A DNA stretch of 64,000 bases, from positions 128,682-192,681 of the forward strand of contig JADGRH010000003.1 in NCBI GenBank assembly GCA_017881075.1, given 5' to 3'. Positions 18,713 to 27,282 of this stretch are shown one piece after another. Source of the DNA: Minisyncoccota bacterium. Its GTDB lineage: Bacteria; Patescibacteriota; Minisyncoccia; Phycocordibacterales; CAJBRS01. Both the position numbers and the translations under genes were made by a program. Position 1 is the first letter of the stretch. Every line of letters begins with the position of its first letter. The notes beneath the pieces are model-generated. The model worked only from the letters and a program-made list of their open reading frames with translations, was not told the origin of the DNA and made no database searches.

Positions 18713-19381
18713 ATGAAGAAAATCCTAGTGAACCTTGTCATCTGTGCCCTGTGCGTTTTAGGCCCCACCGACCTCTACGCCAAGGCTAAAAAGAAGCATT
18801 CCCCCAAACATCATCACCGACATTCTGAAACAACAGCCAACCATTCAAAACGGTCGAGGCCGCCAAAAGCCAAGAATCCGGCCAAGAAAAAGAACGATGA
18901 TTCCCAAAGGCTTTTAGCCATTAAGAAAACTAAACCTCCGCACACCCCTCCACCTCCACCTCTGGCAAAAAGAGACCCGCGAGTGGATCCAAGTATGGAA
19001 ATGGCGGCGCGAATTGGAAAAGCCAGAGCGGCACACTCCAAAAGTAAGTGTTGGAGATGGGTCAAATTTGATTTGCGAGCTTCCGGAGCTGTCAATTCGT
19101 ATCCTGACACCGGTAACGCGAAGCAAGCCGGCATTGAATTGGTTAAACACTATGGCTTTAAGGTACTTGATTGGGTGCTGAAACCGGCACTTGCTCCTAT
19201 CGGAGCTGTCCTCGTCTACGAGCAGAAAAACCGTCCAGGGCATGTAGAGATTCGGACACGAGACGGATTTGTGAGTGACTTCTGGTCCCGTTGGCCAATA
19301 ACCGACACTCATCCGGAACGCAACTACAAATTCCTCTATGCCGTGGCCCGATTGGTGCCCCGTCCTTGGAATCATAAGTGA
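18713..19381 (+). CDS. secreted CHAP-domain (Cys/His amidase/peptidase) protein with Lys/Pro/His-rich N-terminal region
   Basis: Signal peptide; candidate nucleophile Cys in SKCWRWVKFDL and a His in APIGAVLVYEQKNRPGHVEI, giving CHAP-like order and spacing; terminator hairpin after the stop. Confidence 0.5.
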   Translation: MKKILVNLVICALCVLGPTDLYAKAKKKHSPKHHHRHSETTANHSKRSRPPKAKNPAKKKNDDSQRLLAIKKTKPPHTPPPPPLAKRDPRVDPSMEMAARIGKARAAHSKSKCWRWVKFDLRASGAVNSYPDTGNAKQAGIELVKHYGFKVLDWVLKPALAPIGAVLVYEQKNRPGHVEIRTRDGFVSDFWSRWPITDTHPERNYKFLYAVARLVPRPWNHK

Positions 19382-19490
19382 GTGATAGTTTGAATGAAGT
19401 TGTGGCTCGCGCGTTTCCAATATCGCGCGGGCCACTTTTATTTATCTTTTCTTTACCACCAATTCATCTTTTACCTTTATATTATTAAGG

Positions 19491-20540
19491 ATGAATCAAT
19501 CCATTATTAATATTGTTCAGAAAATTTTGTCGGACGCCTATGAATCAAAGGCGTCCGACATCCATCTAGATCCAACCAGAAATTTACTTCGGGTCCGATT
19601 TAGAGTTGACGGACTTCTCCAAGACAGAACATTTTTTCCAAAAGATCTGTCGCCGCCGATAATTTCTCGCCTAAAAGTCTTGGCCGGTCTTCGCATGGAT
19701 GAGCACCAAAGTGACCAGGATGGACGACTTCATTTCCAAATAAAGGATGAGCGAGTGGATATTCGTATTTCCATAGTCCCAACTTATTATGGAGAGAATG
19801 CTGTCTTGCGTCTGTTACATCGTCATCATGGCACTTTGTCTTTATCTAATCTTGGATTCAACAACAAGAGCATTGAAATGATCACGGAAGCTCTTCGAAA
19901 AACATCCGGAATGATCTTAATAACTGGCCCGACTGGCTCGGGCAAAACAACTACCCTTTATACTTTATTGGAGATGCTCAAAAAAGAGGAAGGCTCGATT
20001 GTTACCATTGAAGATCCGATTGAATATGCAATTGATGGAATTGAACAGATTCAGGTAAATCAGAGAAGTTCTCTGAACTTTGCTAATGGTTTACGAGCCA
20101 TTCTTCGACAGGACCCGGACATTATTATGGTGGGCGAGATTCGTGATAGGGAAACAGCCGCCATTGCTGTTAACAGTGCTCTAACTGGCCACCTACTTCT
20201 ATCCACCCTTCACACCAATGACGCCGTCTCTGCCATTCTCAGGCTCTACGACATGGGTATTGAGCCGTATCTCATCGCCTCAACACTCTCAATAATTATT
20301 GGACAAAGATTGGTCAGAAAAATTGGCCCCGATGACAGTTTCAGTGGGCGACTGGTCATAAACGAGATATTAATTGTAGAAGAGAATCTAAGAGAGGCCA
20401 TTATCAAAAAATCCTCTCGCGCCGAAATGGAAATCTTAGCGCGTCAAAATGGCTTAATCGGAATGCGCGAAGATGGATACGAAAAAGCATCCGCCGGCCT
20501 CACCTCATCTGCCGAGGTCTTGAGAGTGACGAATCTTTAG
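19491..20540 (+). CDS. GspE/PilB-family secretion ATPase (core domain only)
   Basis: Walker A GPTGSGKTT, Asp box, Walker B DPDIIMVGEIRD, His box TLHTND; 349 aa; lacks the N1 domain and zinc motif. Confidence 0.8.
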   Translation: MNQSIINIVQKILSDAYESKASDIHLDPTRNLLRVRFRVDGLLQDRTFFPKDLSPPIISRLKVLAGLRMDEHQSDQDGRLHFQIKDERVDIRISIVPTYYGENAVLRLLHRHHGTLSLSNLGFNNKSIEMITEALRKTSGMILITGPTGSGKTTTLYTLLEMLKKEEGSIVTIEDPIEYAIDGIEQIQVNQRSSLNFANGLRAILRQDPDIIMVGEIRDRETAAIAVNSALTGHLLLSTLHTNDAVSAILRLYDMGIEPYLIASTLSIIIGQRLVRKIGPDDSFSGRLVINEILIVEENLREAIIKKSSRAEMEILARQNGLIGMREDGYEKASAGLTSSAEVLRVTNL

Positions 20541-20545
20541 AGTTG

Positions 20546-20617
20546 CGGGCCCACCCCGACTCGAACGGGGAACCTCGCGTTTGGAGTGCGATGTTTTACC
20601 ATTGAAACTATAGGCCC
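20546..20617 (-). tRNA. tRNA-Trp (CCA)
   Basis: Reverse complement gives acceptor GGGCCTA / TGGGCCC, anticodon loop CTCCAAA and T-arm CCCCG-TTCGAGT-CGGGG. Confidence 0.8.
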
Positions 20618-21517
20618 TTAATTGGCTATAATAGCAGATTTATTTAATTTTTCTATTGAACTTGACGTTAGCCACTTGATTCGTTTATCTCTCTTGAACC
20701 AGGTCATTTGACGCTTGGCGTATCGGCAATTTTCTATGTAGATTTTTTCAATCATTTCTTTTTTTGAGATTCTATTTTGAAGATATTGGGCAACGTATTT
20801 GTATTCCATACCCAGCTCATTCATTCTTTTCCAAGAGAGTCCGCCGCGATGAAGTTTTCTAGCTTCATTTATCATTCCTTTTTTTAATCTTTGAGAGAGG
20901 CGCTTTTTAATTCTTTTATTCAATTCTCCGTCCGGAACTCTGATACCAATTTGAATGGCGTTGTATTTAGAATTACTTTTCACTATTGGCACTTTGCCGA
21001 GCGCGATAGCAATTTCAATAGCCCGAATGAGCCGGCGCGGATTTTCTCTCTCAATGGTGCCGGCCCTTTTCGGATCTAATTTTTTCAATATGGCAAAAAG
21101 TTGTGAAACAGACTTTTGTTTCAATTTGTTTCTAAGTTTCAGATTCGGCGCGACCGATGGGGGAACGAACCCATCAACAATTGCTTGAATATAATATCCA
21201 GTGCCACCACAAATTATCGGTAATTTTTTCTTGTCAATGATTTTATCAATAGCTTTCTCGGTCAGTTCTCTGTATTGATCGACAGAAAACCATTCTTGTG
21301 GGCGTGTCACATCCAAAAGATGATGTGGCACGCCCCTCATTTCCCGCTTTGTAATTTTTCCTGTCCCAATATCCAATCCTTTATATACCTGCCTTGAATC
21401 CGCTGAAACCACCTCGCCATTAAATTTTTTAGCCAGTTTTACCGCCAACTCACTTTTACCCGAGGAAGTTGGTCCGAGAATTACTAGAATGTGTCTCATC
21501 ATGCCTAAGTTTGCCAT
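20618..21517 (-). CDS. miaA: tRNA dimethylallyltransferase
   Basis: P-loop GPTSSGKS then SADSRQVYKGLDIGTGK, typical of MiaA; true start may be one of the internal Met codons a few residues in. Confidence 0.9.
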   Translation of the reverse strand: MANLGMMRHILVILGPTSSGKSELAVKLAKKFNGEVVSADSRQVYKGLDIGTGKITKREMRGVPHHLLDVTRPQEWFSVDQYRELTEKAIDKIIDKKKLPIICGGTGYYIQAIVDGFVPPSVAPNLKLRNKLKQKSVSQLFAILKKLDPKRAGTIERENPRRLIRAIEIAIALGKVPIVKSNSKYNAIQIGIRVPDGELNKRIKKRLSQRLKKGMINEARKLHRGGLSWKRMNELGMEYKYVAQYLQNRISKKEMIEKIYIENCRYAKRQMTWFKRDKRIKWLTSSSIEKLNKSAIIAN

Positions 21518-21572
21518 TACGAGAGAATAAAATCCATAACAGATTCCATTGATTGACAGAGTTGTTTTATGA

Positions 21573-22112
21573 ATGTATTATATCTGGCAGATTCAAAGTA
21601 GCCCAAACCCAAACCGAAAGAAACCGAAAGCAAACCCTATGTTCAATCGCATTCTTGCAACCTTGTTACTACTCACCACTCTTCACCTTGCTTCTGCCGA
21701 CGATCGTCCGAAGACTTGGTATGAGAAGGGGTACGAAGGACCCGAAATCATCACTCTTTCCGATGCCATCCGCGCAGAGAAAGCCTTTCTTGGGCCCAAT
21801 AATCGGGCTTGGAGTATGAGGGGCGACACCAAAGTATGTGCGGCTCTCGAGGCAGTCAAACTGCCTTGTGACTACAATACGCGATGTGTCTTGTCGCATT
21901 TCCTCACACTCAACGGCAAAGGGCTTTTCCCGGCGTCGGGTCGGACCAACCCATATTTTTCCGAACATCGACCTGACGACGGCTTTCCGGATGATTATTT
22001 CATCGGCCAGTCAGCACAGAACGCTATGCTCGCCGCAGCAATACGGCGGAACGCAAAGTTGTTTGTTAACGGTGACATTACAGCGAAGTCGGTGAGAGAA
22101 AATTGGCGGTAA
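21573..22112 (+). CDS. secreted hypothetical protein
   Basis: Likely true start at MFNRILATLLLLTTLHLASA (a signal peptide); Cys-containing; GC-elevated; terminator hairpin at approximately 22124-22175. Confidence 0.45.
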   Translation: MYYIWQIQSSPNPNRKKPKANPMFNRILATLLLLTTLHLASADDRPKTWYEKGYEGPEIITLSDAIRAEKAFLGPNNRAWSMRGDTKVCAALEAVKLPCDYNTRCVLSHFLTLNGKGLFPASGRTNPYFSEHRPDDGFPDDYFIGQSAQNAMLAAAIRRNAKLFVNGDITAKSVRENWR

Positions 22113-22197
22113 GTACATCATTTGCCCTGCACCACAAGAAGAGCCTTGGCTCGACTAGGTGCAGGGTCCTTTTATTTTCTTGATTTATAACGATATT

Positions 22198-22767
22198 TTA
22201 TCCTTTGATTAATTTTAACAATGATATAAAATCTTCTACTCTGTGGGAAACTCTAATAATATATTTTGGAGTCTTTGTTGTTGAGATTTTATAGACATGA
22301 GCTTTGAAGCCAAGGTTTTTTATCATACTCATTACATCCAATGCCAGGCGCTCTATAATTGTTGTGAAATTTACCATGTTGTAGCCTCTATCGAAATATA
22401 TACAACCATCAGTTTGAAATAAACCTCGTAAACATTCAATTGAATAAATCTCATTTTCTTTTATCCATCTAGGAACCGTCACATCCTGTTTAAATTTGGA
22501 ACCCTCCTTTGCTTTCCATCCAAGAAGATTTTCAAGGTGATTTGAATAACAGGAGACATCAAGGCAATTTTCACCCCGCTTAATAGTAGATATTTGATTG
22601 TTAGGAAACAGCTCTTTTAAAGATTTTATTATTGTATTTATTAGATTAGGATATTTTAAATCGCAACTAATCCTGAGTCTCACGGCTCGTCCATTCGAGT
22701 TGGAAAGATTGCCATCGCCGATAGCCAAGCCAATTACATATGCCTGTAGTCTTCGGTTAGGGCTTAT
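22198..22767 (-). CDS. LAGLIDADG homing endonuclease (free-standing, abutting tRNA-Leu; start codon uncertain)
   Basis: Two LAGLIDADG motifs, LAIGDGNL and LFQTDGCIY. The ORF-track start at 22848 lies inside the tRNA gene. No ATG or GTG occurs between the tRNA 3' end (22770) and motif 1; the only in-frame candidate is TTG at 22728. Confidence 0.8.
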   Translation of the reverse strand: MSPNRRLQAYVIGLAIGDGNLSNSNGRAVRLRISCDLKYPNLINTIIKSLKELFPNNQISTIKRGENCLDVSCYSNHLENLLGWKAKEGSKFKQDVTVPRWIKENEIYSIECLRGLFQTDGCIYFDRGYNMVNFTTIIERLALDVMSMIKNLGFKAHVYKISTTKTPKYIIRVSHRVEDFISLLKLIKG

Positions 22768-22769
22768 CT

Positions 22770-22854
22770 TGGTGCCAGAGGTGGGACTTGAACCCACAAG
22801 CCTTGCGGCACGCGATTTTGAGTCGCGCATGTTTGCCAATTTCATCACTCTGGC
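22770..22854 (-). tRNA. tRNA-Leu (CAA), CCA encoded
   Basis: Reverse complement gives acceptor GCCAGAG / CTCTGGC, anticodon stem CGCGA/TCGCG with loop CTCAAAA, a long variable arm, T-arm GTGGG-TTCAAGT-CCCAC and a CCA tail. Confidence 0.85.
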
Positions 22855-22955
22855 AGAGTATCATAAGTCTAATGAAATTTCGATAAAAATCAATTAAAAT
22901 TTATGTTAAAATGACTTTATGGACTTTAATACTTTTAACTTTATAGACTATTAAC

Positions 22956-23933
22956 ATGTCACAATTTTTTAGCGATTCAATATTTTGGATAGAGGTGGAA
23001 AAAGTGAAGCCGAACCCCTTCCAGCCGCGCCGGGATTTTGACCAGGCACGACTTCAGGACCTTGCTGATTCCATTCGGATGTATGGCGTCCTCCAGCCAT
23101 TGGTGGTGACGCGTCACGAAGTGGCGCGGGAGGATGGCGGTCTTCAGACCAAGTACGAATTGATCTCCGGCGAACGGCGGCTTCGGGCTTCAAAATTAGC
23201 AGGCCTTTCCCAAGTGCCAGTCATTATCCGCGCCCAAGAAGAAAATGAAAGAGTAAAATTGGAATTAGCAATCATTGAGAATCTTCAGCGGGAAGATCTA
23301 AATCCTGTTGATCGCGCCCGCGCCTTCAAACGGCTCGCCGAAGAATTTAATTTCAAGCACATTCAGATTGCCGAAAAGGTGGGAAAGAGTCGCGAATATG
23401 TCACCAATACTATGCGACTACTCTCTCTACCGGAAGAAATGTTGAATGCGGTTTCTGCAGGGAAAATTTCTGAAGGTCACACCCGACCACTCTTAATGTT
23501 GGTTGATCGGCCGGAAGAGCAGGTAACTCTTTTTAAGGAAATTGTTTACAAGAAATTAACTGTTCGCGAAGCGGAAGCTATTGCTCGCCGAATTGCTTTT
23601 GATCGAGTTCGCAAGAAAGAGCGAGCTTTTGATCCGGAACTTGTTGAGCTGGAAGAAAAATTAACCGAGTCGCTCGGCACCCGAGTGCAAATAGAGCGCA
23701 AGGATCAGGGCGGGCGACTAGTCATTGATTTCTTTTCCAATTCCGATTTGCAGGGAATTCTTGATTTGGTGAAATCCAATATACCAAAACAGAGAACCGA
23801 AATGATGGAAAAATTCATCGCGGCCGCACCCGAGCCCGAATCGGTTTCCGACGTATCCAATGACGATCGTTCTACCGAGGAAAAAAAGTCCGACGAAGAA
23901 GACCTCTACTCCATCAAGAATTTCTCTATTTAA
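22956..23933 (+). CDS. parB: ParB/Spo0J-family partition protein (no adjacent parA)
   Basis: ParB box ISGERRLRASKLAGLSQVPVII, HTH region, C-terminal dimerisation and an acidic tail. Confidence 0.85.
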   Translation: MSQFFSDSIFWIEVEKVKPNPFQPRRDFDQARLQDLADSIRMYGVLQPLVVTRHEVAREDGGLQTKYELISGERRLRASKLAGLSQVPVIIRAQEENERVKLELAIIENLQREDLNPVDRARAFKRLAEEFNFKHIQIAEKVGKSREYVTNTMRLLSLPEEMLNAVSAGKISEGHTRPLLMLVDRPEEQVTLFKEIVYKKLTVREAEAIARRIAFDRVRKKERAFDPELVELEEKLTESLGTRVQIERKDQGGRLVIDFFSNSDLQGILDLVKSNIPKQRTEMMEKFIAAAPEPESVSDVSNDDRSTEEKKSDEEDLYSIKNFSI

Positions 23934-26190
23934 CCCCGGCTAGTTTATGCGGATTATGGTTCGGACAGACTTTGCTCGAGCATCGTTCCGGAATAGTTTT
24001 TGTTCCTTCCATCATTAGTGATCCGCACATCGGACAAAGGTTGCCGGTCGGTTTTGCTTTGATGGCAGTTTTGCATTGAGGGTAATTTGAACAGCTGAAG
24101 AAAAGGCCGAATTTGCCTTTTCTCTCCACCATAAAACCTTTTTTGCAGACGGGACATTCTACACCGGTAGAATTTTGTTTCTCCAGCTCCTTATCTTTTT
24201 TAATATATTTGCATTTCGGATAATTGGCGCAGGAAATGAAGGCACCGAATTTTCCTTGGCGAAGAACGAGGTCGCCATCATCAAGCGGGCATTTCTCGCC
24301 GGTTAATTTTGGTCCCTCAATTTCTTTTCCTTCAATAGTCCTAGCTCCGGCGCATTTTGGGAATGTTCCGCAACTCATGAATTTGCCGTTCTTACCGAGC
24401 TTAATGATCATGGCGGCACCGCAGACCGGACACTTAAATTCGTCCGGAGCGGCGCCGAGATTAGTGATTTTTTCCATAGTTTTATCTTTTGATTTAACCT
24501 CTTTTGTAAAAGGAGTGTAAAAGTCTTTTAAAGTTTTAGCGTATTCGCGTTTCCCGGAGGCAATATCATCCAGCTCATCTTCCATTTCGGCCGTGAACGA
24601 ATCACTGATGTAATTGGTGAAATGATTTTCCAGAAATGTTGAGACCACATCTCCGGTATCAGTTGGCACCAAGGCCTTATTAATCTTTTCAACATAGCCG
24701 CGGTCATCCAGGGTCTTAATGATTGAAGCATAAGTAGACGGTCGGCCGATGCCTCGTTTTTCCAATTCTTTCACCAGCCCGGCTTCGGAGTATCTTGGTG
24801 GCGGTTGGGTTTCTTTTCCCTCGGAATCAATCTTCAGAAGATTTAATTTCTCTCCAAGCTTCACTTTTGGCAACACCACATCTTCGCCACTCGCTTCCGG
24901 ATCGGCAGAGAGCCAGCCAGGAAACAGAACTCGCTGTCCGGTGATAGCGAAATCAGGAATGCAGAGGTCAGACCTCTGCATTGGTTGCTTTGCAGAGGTC
25001 TGACCTCTGCATTCCTTGTTGTTTACATTCGCTGTAATTTTACTTCGAAGCATTTTAGCCTCCGCCATCTGTGATGCCGCCGTTCTCTGCCAGATCAGTC
25101 GGTAAAGTTTGTGCTGTTCGTCGTTAAGGCCGGCTGTTTCTACCGACATGTGGCTGGGGCGAATAGCCTCGTGTGCCTCCTGAGCATTTTTACTTTTAAC
25201 GGCATAAGTGCGGGGACTCAAATATTCTTTACCGTATTTTTTCTCAATAATTTCAAATATTTGTCCTAACGCTAATTTACTGAGGTTGGTGCTGTCGGTT
25301 CTCATATAGGTGATGTGACCGGACTCGTAAAGTTTTTGAGCAATACCCATGGTTCGGGACGGAGCGAAGCCAAGACGCGAACTAGCCGTTTGCTGAAGAG
25401 TGGAAGTAATAAATGGGGCACGCGGAGCCCGCTTTACTTCGGTCTCAGAAAGATCGACTATCTTCCAGTCGTCTTTATGGATCTCTCCACCAATTTTCAA
25501 TATTCTTTTAACTTCTTTTTCATCGCGCGGTTCCTCCGAACACACTAAGGAAAATCTTTGTGCTCGGAGCCCTGAGGTATTCGAAGGGCTACTCTCAACG
25601 TCAGCATTAATGACCCAGAATTTTTCCGGTTTAAATGCCCGAATTTCCCTTTCCCGTTCCATAATGATTCGAAGGGCGGGAGATTGAACTCGGCCGGCAG
25701 AGAGGCCGTAACGCACTTTTTTCCAGATGAGACCTGATAGGTCGTATCCCACCAAGCGATCCAGGACGCGGCGTGCTTCCTGGGCGCGTCGGAGATTTTG
25801 ATCAATTTCCCTCGGGTTTTCAAGGGCTTCAAGAATAGCCTCTTTAGTAATTTCATTATAAGTTACTCTCTGGATTTTGGTTTTATCGAGGCCTAAATCC
25901 AAGAGCTCGCCGATGTGCCAAGCAATGGCCTCACCCTCGCGGTCCTCGTCAGTGGCCAGAATAATTTTCTCTGCCTTTTTAGCTAGATGTTTCAGCTCAG
26001 CAACCACCTTCTCCTTTCCCTTACTGATTTCGTAATGAGGAATGAATCCACCTTCAATATCGATGGCTTTCTTATTGCTTTTTGGCAGATCACGAACGTG
26101 GCCAACGGAAGCTTTCACATCGTATTCATCGCCAAGATATTTTGAAATAGTCTTGGCTTTGGCGGGCGATTCTACAATTAATAACTTCAT
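23926..26190 (-). CDS. topA: DNA topoisomerase I, with in-frame palindromic element insertion
   Basis: Toprim N-terminus MKLLIVESPAKAKTISKYLG, an active-site Tyr region and C-terminal Zn-ribbon repeats (CPxCG); 754 aa. Repeat element 2 at 24967-25025 encodes ECRGQTSAKQPMQRSDLCI. Confidence 0.95.
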   Translation of the reverse strand: MKLLIVESPAKAKTISKYLGDEYDVKASVGHVRDLPKSNKKAIDIEGGFIPHYEISKGKEKVVAELKHLAKKAEKIILATDEDREGEAIAWHIGELLDLGLDKTKIQRVTYNEITKEAILEALENPREIDQNLRRAQEARRVLDRLVGYDLSGLIWKKVRYGLSAGRVQSPALRIIMEREREIRAFKPEKFWVINADVESSPSNTSGLRAQRFSLVCSEEPRDEKEVKRILKIGGEIHKDDWKIVDLSETEVKRAPRAPFITSTLQQTASSRLGFAPSRTMGIAQKLYESGHITYMRTDSTNLSKLALGQIFEIIEKKYGKEYLSPRTYAVKSKNAQEAHEAIRPSHMSVETAGLNDEQHKLYRLIWQRTAASQMAEAKMLRSKITANVNNKECRGQTSAKQPMQRSDLCIPDFAITGQRVLFPGWLSADPEASGEDVVLPKVKLGEKLNLLKIDSEGKETQPPPRYSEAGLVKELEKRGIGRPSTYASIIKTLDDRGYVEKINKALVPTDTGDVVSTFLENHFTNYISDSFTAEMEDELDDIASGKREYAKTLKDFYTPFTKEVKSKDKTMEKITNLGAAPDEFKCPVCGAAMIIKLGKNGKFMSCGTFPKCAGARTIEGKEIEGPKLTGEKCPLDDGDLVLRQGKFGAFISCANYPKCKYIKKDKELEKQNSTGVECPVCKKGFMVERKGKFGLFFSCSNYPQCKTAIKAKPTGNLCPMCGSLMMEGTKTIPERCSSKVCPNHNPHKLAGVK
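24967..25025. repeat. palindromic repeat element family 2, copy 1 (inside topA, in frame)
   Basis: GGAATGCAGAGGTCAGACCTCTGCATT, spacer GGTTGCTT, TGCAGAGGTCTGACCTCTGCATTCC. Each half is itself a perfect palindrome, and the two halves are reverse complements of each other. Confidence 0.85.
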
Positions 26191-26344
26191 GAGCGCTATT
26201 ATATACTACAACTACTTTTTAATTGCAAATCTTATTGTACATTTGTTCGGCCCCGTGCGTTTTTCCCTTCGTCGTGCGGTGGCGCGAGTCGGGAAAAGAC
26301 GTCTCGGGGCACTATGCGACCCTTCAGCCTGGCGCTAGACGGAG

Positions 26345-27211
26345 TTATTTTAAAAAAATTTCTCCACCAGATTCTCTAATAAAGTCCTTCAATTCTAGAA
26401 TTGTCAGTAAACTATTGGCTTGACTCGTGGGCATTCCGATTTTTTCCAGAAGATCATCGCGGGGCAGTGGCGTGCTCAGAGCTTCAATAATACGCAACTC
26501 GTCGATGGAACATTCGCGATATCTTTGCGGATCAAATTCTTTGCGCTCGGCCGATTTTAGGCCGAGCGCCTCCAAAATATTATCGGCTGAAGTTATGGGG
26601 GTGGCACCCATGCGGATGAGTAGATGGGGTCCCTCGGAGTTCTTGGAGAAGATTGAGCCGGGAACGGCGAGCACGTCGCGGTTGTATTCCGTTGCTAGCC
26701 TCGCCGTGATCATGGTGCCGGATTTTGTTTCAGCTTCTATTATTAGCGTGGCGTCGGAAAGTCCGGCCATGATCCTATTACGTTTGGGAAAAGATATGGG
26801 GACTGCCTCGTACTTGGGTTCAAACTCAGAAAGGAGACACCCTCCCGCTTCTAAAATATTATCTGCCAACTCACGATGGGCGACAGGATATATTACATCA
26901 GGATGGAGTCCGGAGCCGGGAATGGCAAGCGTTTTAAGACCCGCTCTTAACGCCGCCTCATGAGCGAGTGAATCAATGCCGATGGCCAGACCGGAAACAA
27001 TCACTATAGGATGACCCGAGAGTCCCGCAATCAATTCATCGCAGACATCCTTGCCGTAGTTGCTGAATTGACGGGCTCCGACCACGGCCAGTGTCTTCAG
27101 GTGCGCGGTGGGCATTACACCGCGCACGTAAAGTCGCTCTGGTGGGCCAGGAATCTCTAAAAGTTTGGGCGGGTAGCGTTCCCGCGGCAGTTCTATAATC
27201 GGATATTTCAT
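26345..27211 (-). CDS. dprA: DNA processing protein DprA (Smf)
   Basis: Rossmann-like core with AVVGARQFSNYG and VSGLAIGIDSLAHEAAL motifs; upstream of topA, as in the common smf-topA operon. Confidence 0.85.
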   Translation of the reverse strand: MKYPIIELPRERYPPKLLEIPGPPERLYVRGVMPTAHLKTLAVVGARQFSNYGKDVCDELIAGLSGHPIVIVSGLAIGIDSLAHEAALRAGLKTLAIPGSGLHPDVIYPVAHRELADNILEAGGCLLSEFEPKYEAVPISFPKRNRIMAGLSDATLIIEAETKSGTMITARLATEYNRDVLAVPGSIFSKNSEGPHLLIRMGATPITSADNILEALGLKSAERKEFDPQRYRECSIDELRIIEALSTPLPRDDLLEKIGMPTSQANSLLTILELKDFIRESGGEIFLK

Positions 27212-27282
27212 CCCTATATTCTGATCAAAGAAGATGAAATATCCATAAAGATTTATTAAAAAAAATTTGCTATTATTTAACT

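Noticed and set aside
22768-22848. ORF-track N-terminal extension of the LAGLIDADG protein (MMKLANMRDSKSRAARLVGSSPTSGTK).
   Set aside because: This segment is the translation of the tRNA-Leu(CAA) gene itself on the same strand; the tRNA folds canonically, so the extension is not coding.
24967-25025. Repeat-spacer-repeat appearance of the topA palindromic doublet, considered as a mini CRISPR array.
   Set aside because: There are only two units. The units are reverse complements of each other rather than direct repeats. The spacer is 6-8 nt. The element lies in frame within coding sequence. No cas genes are in the window.
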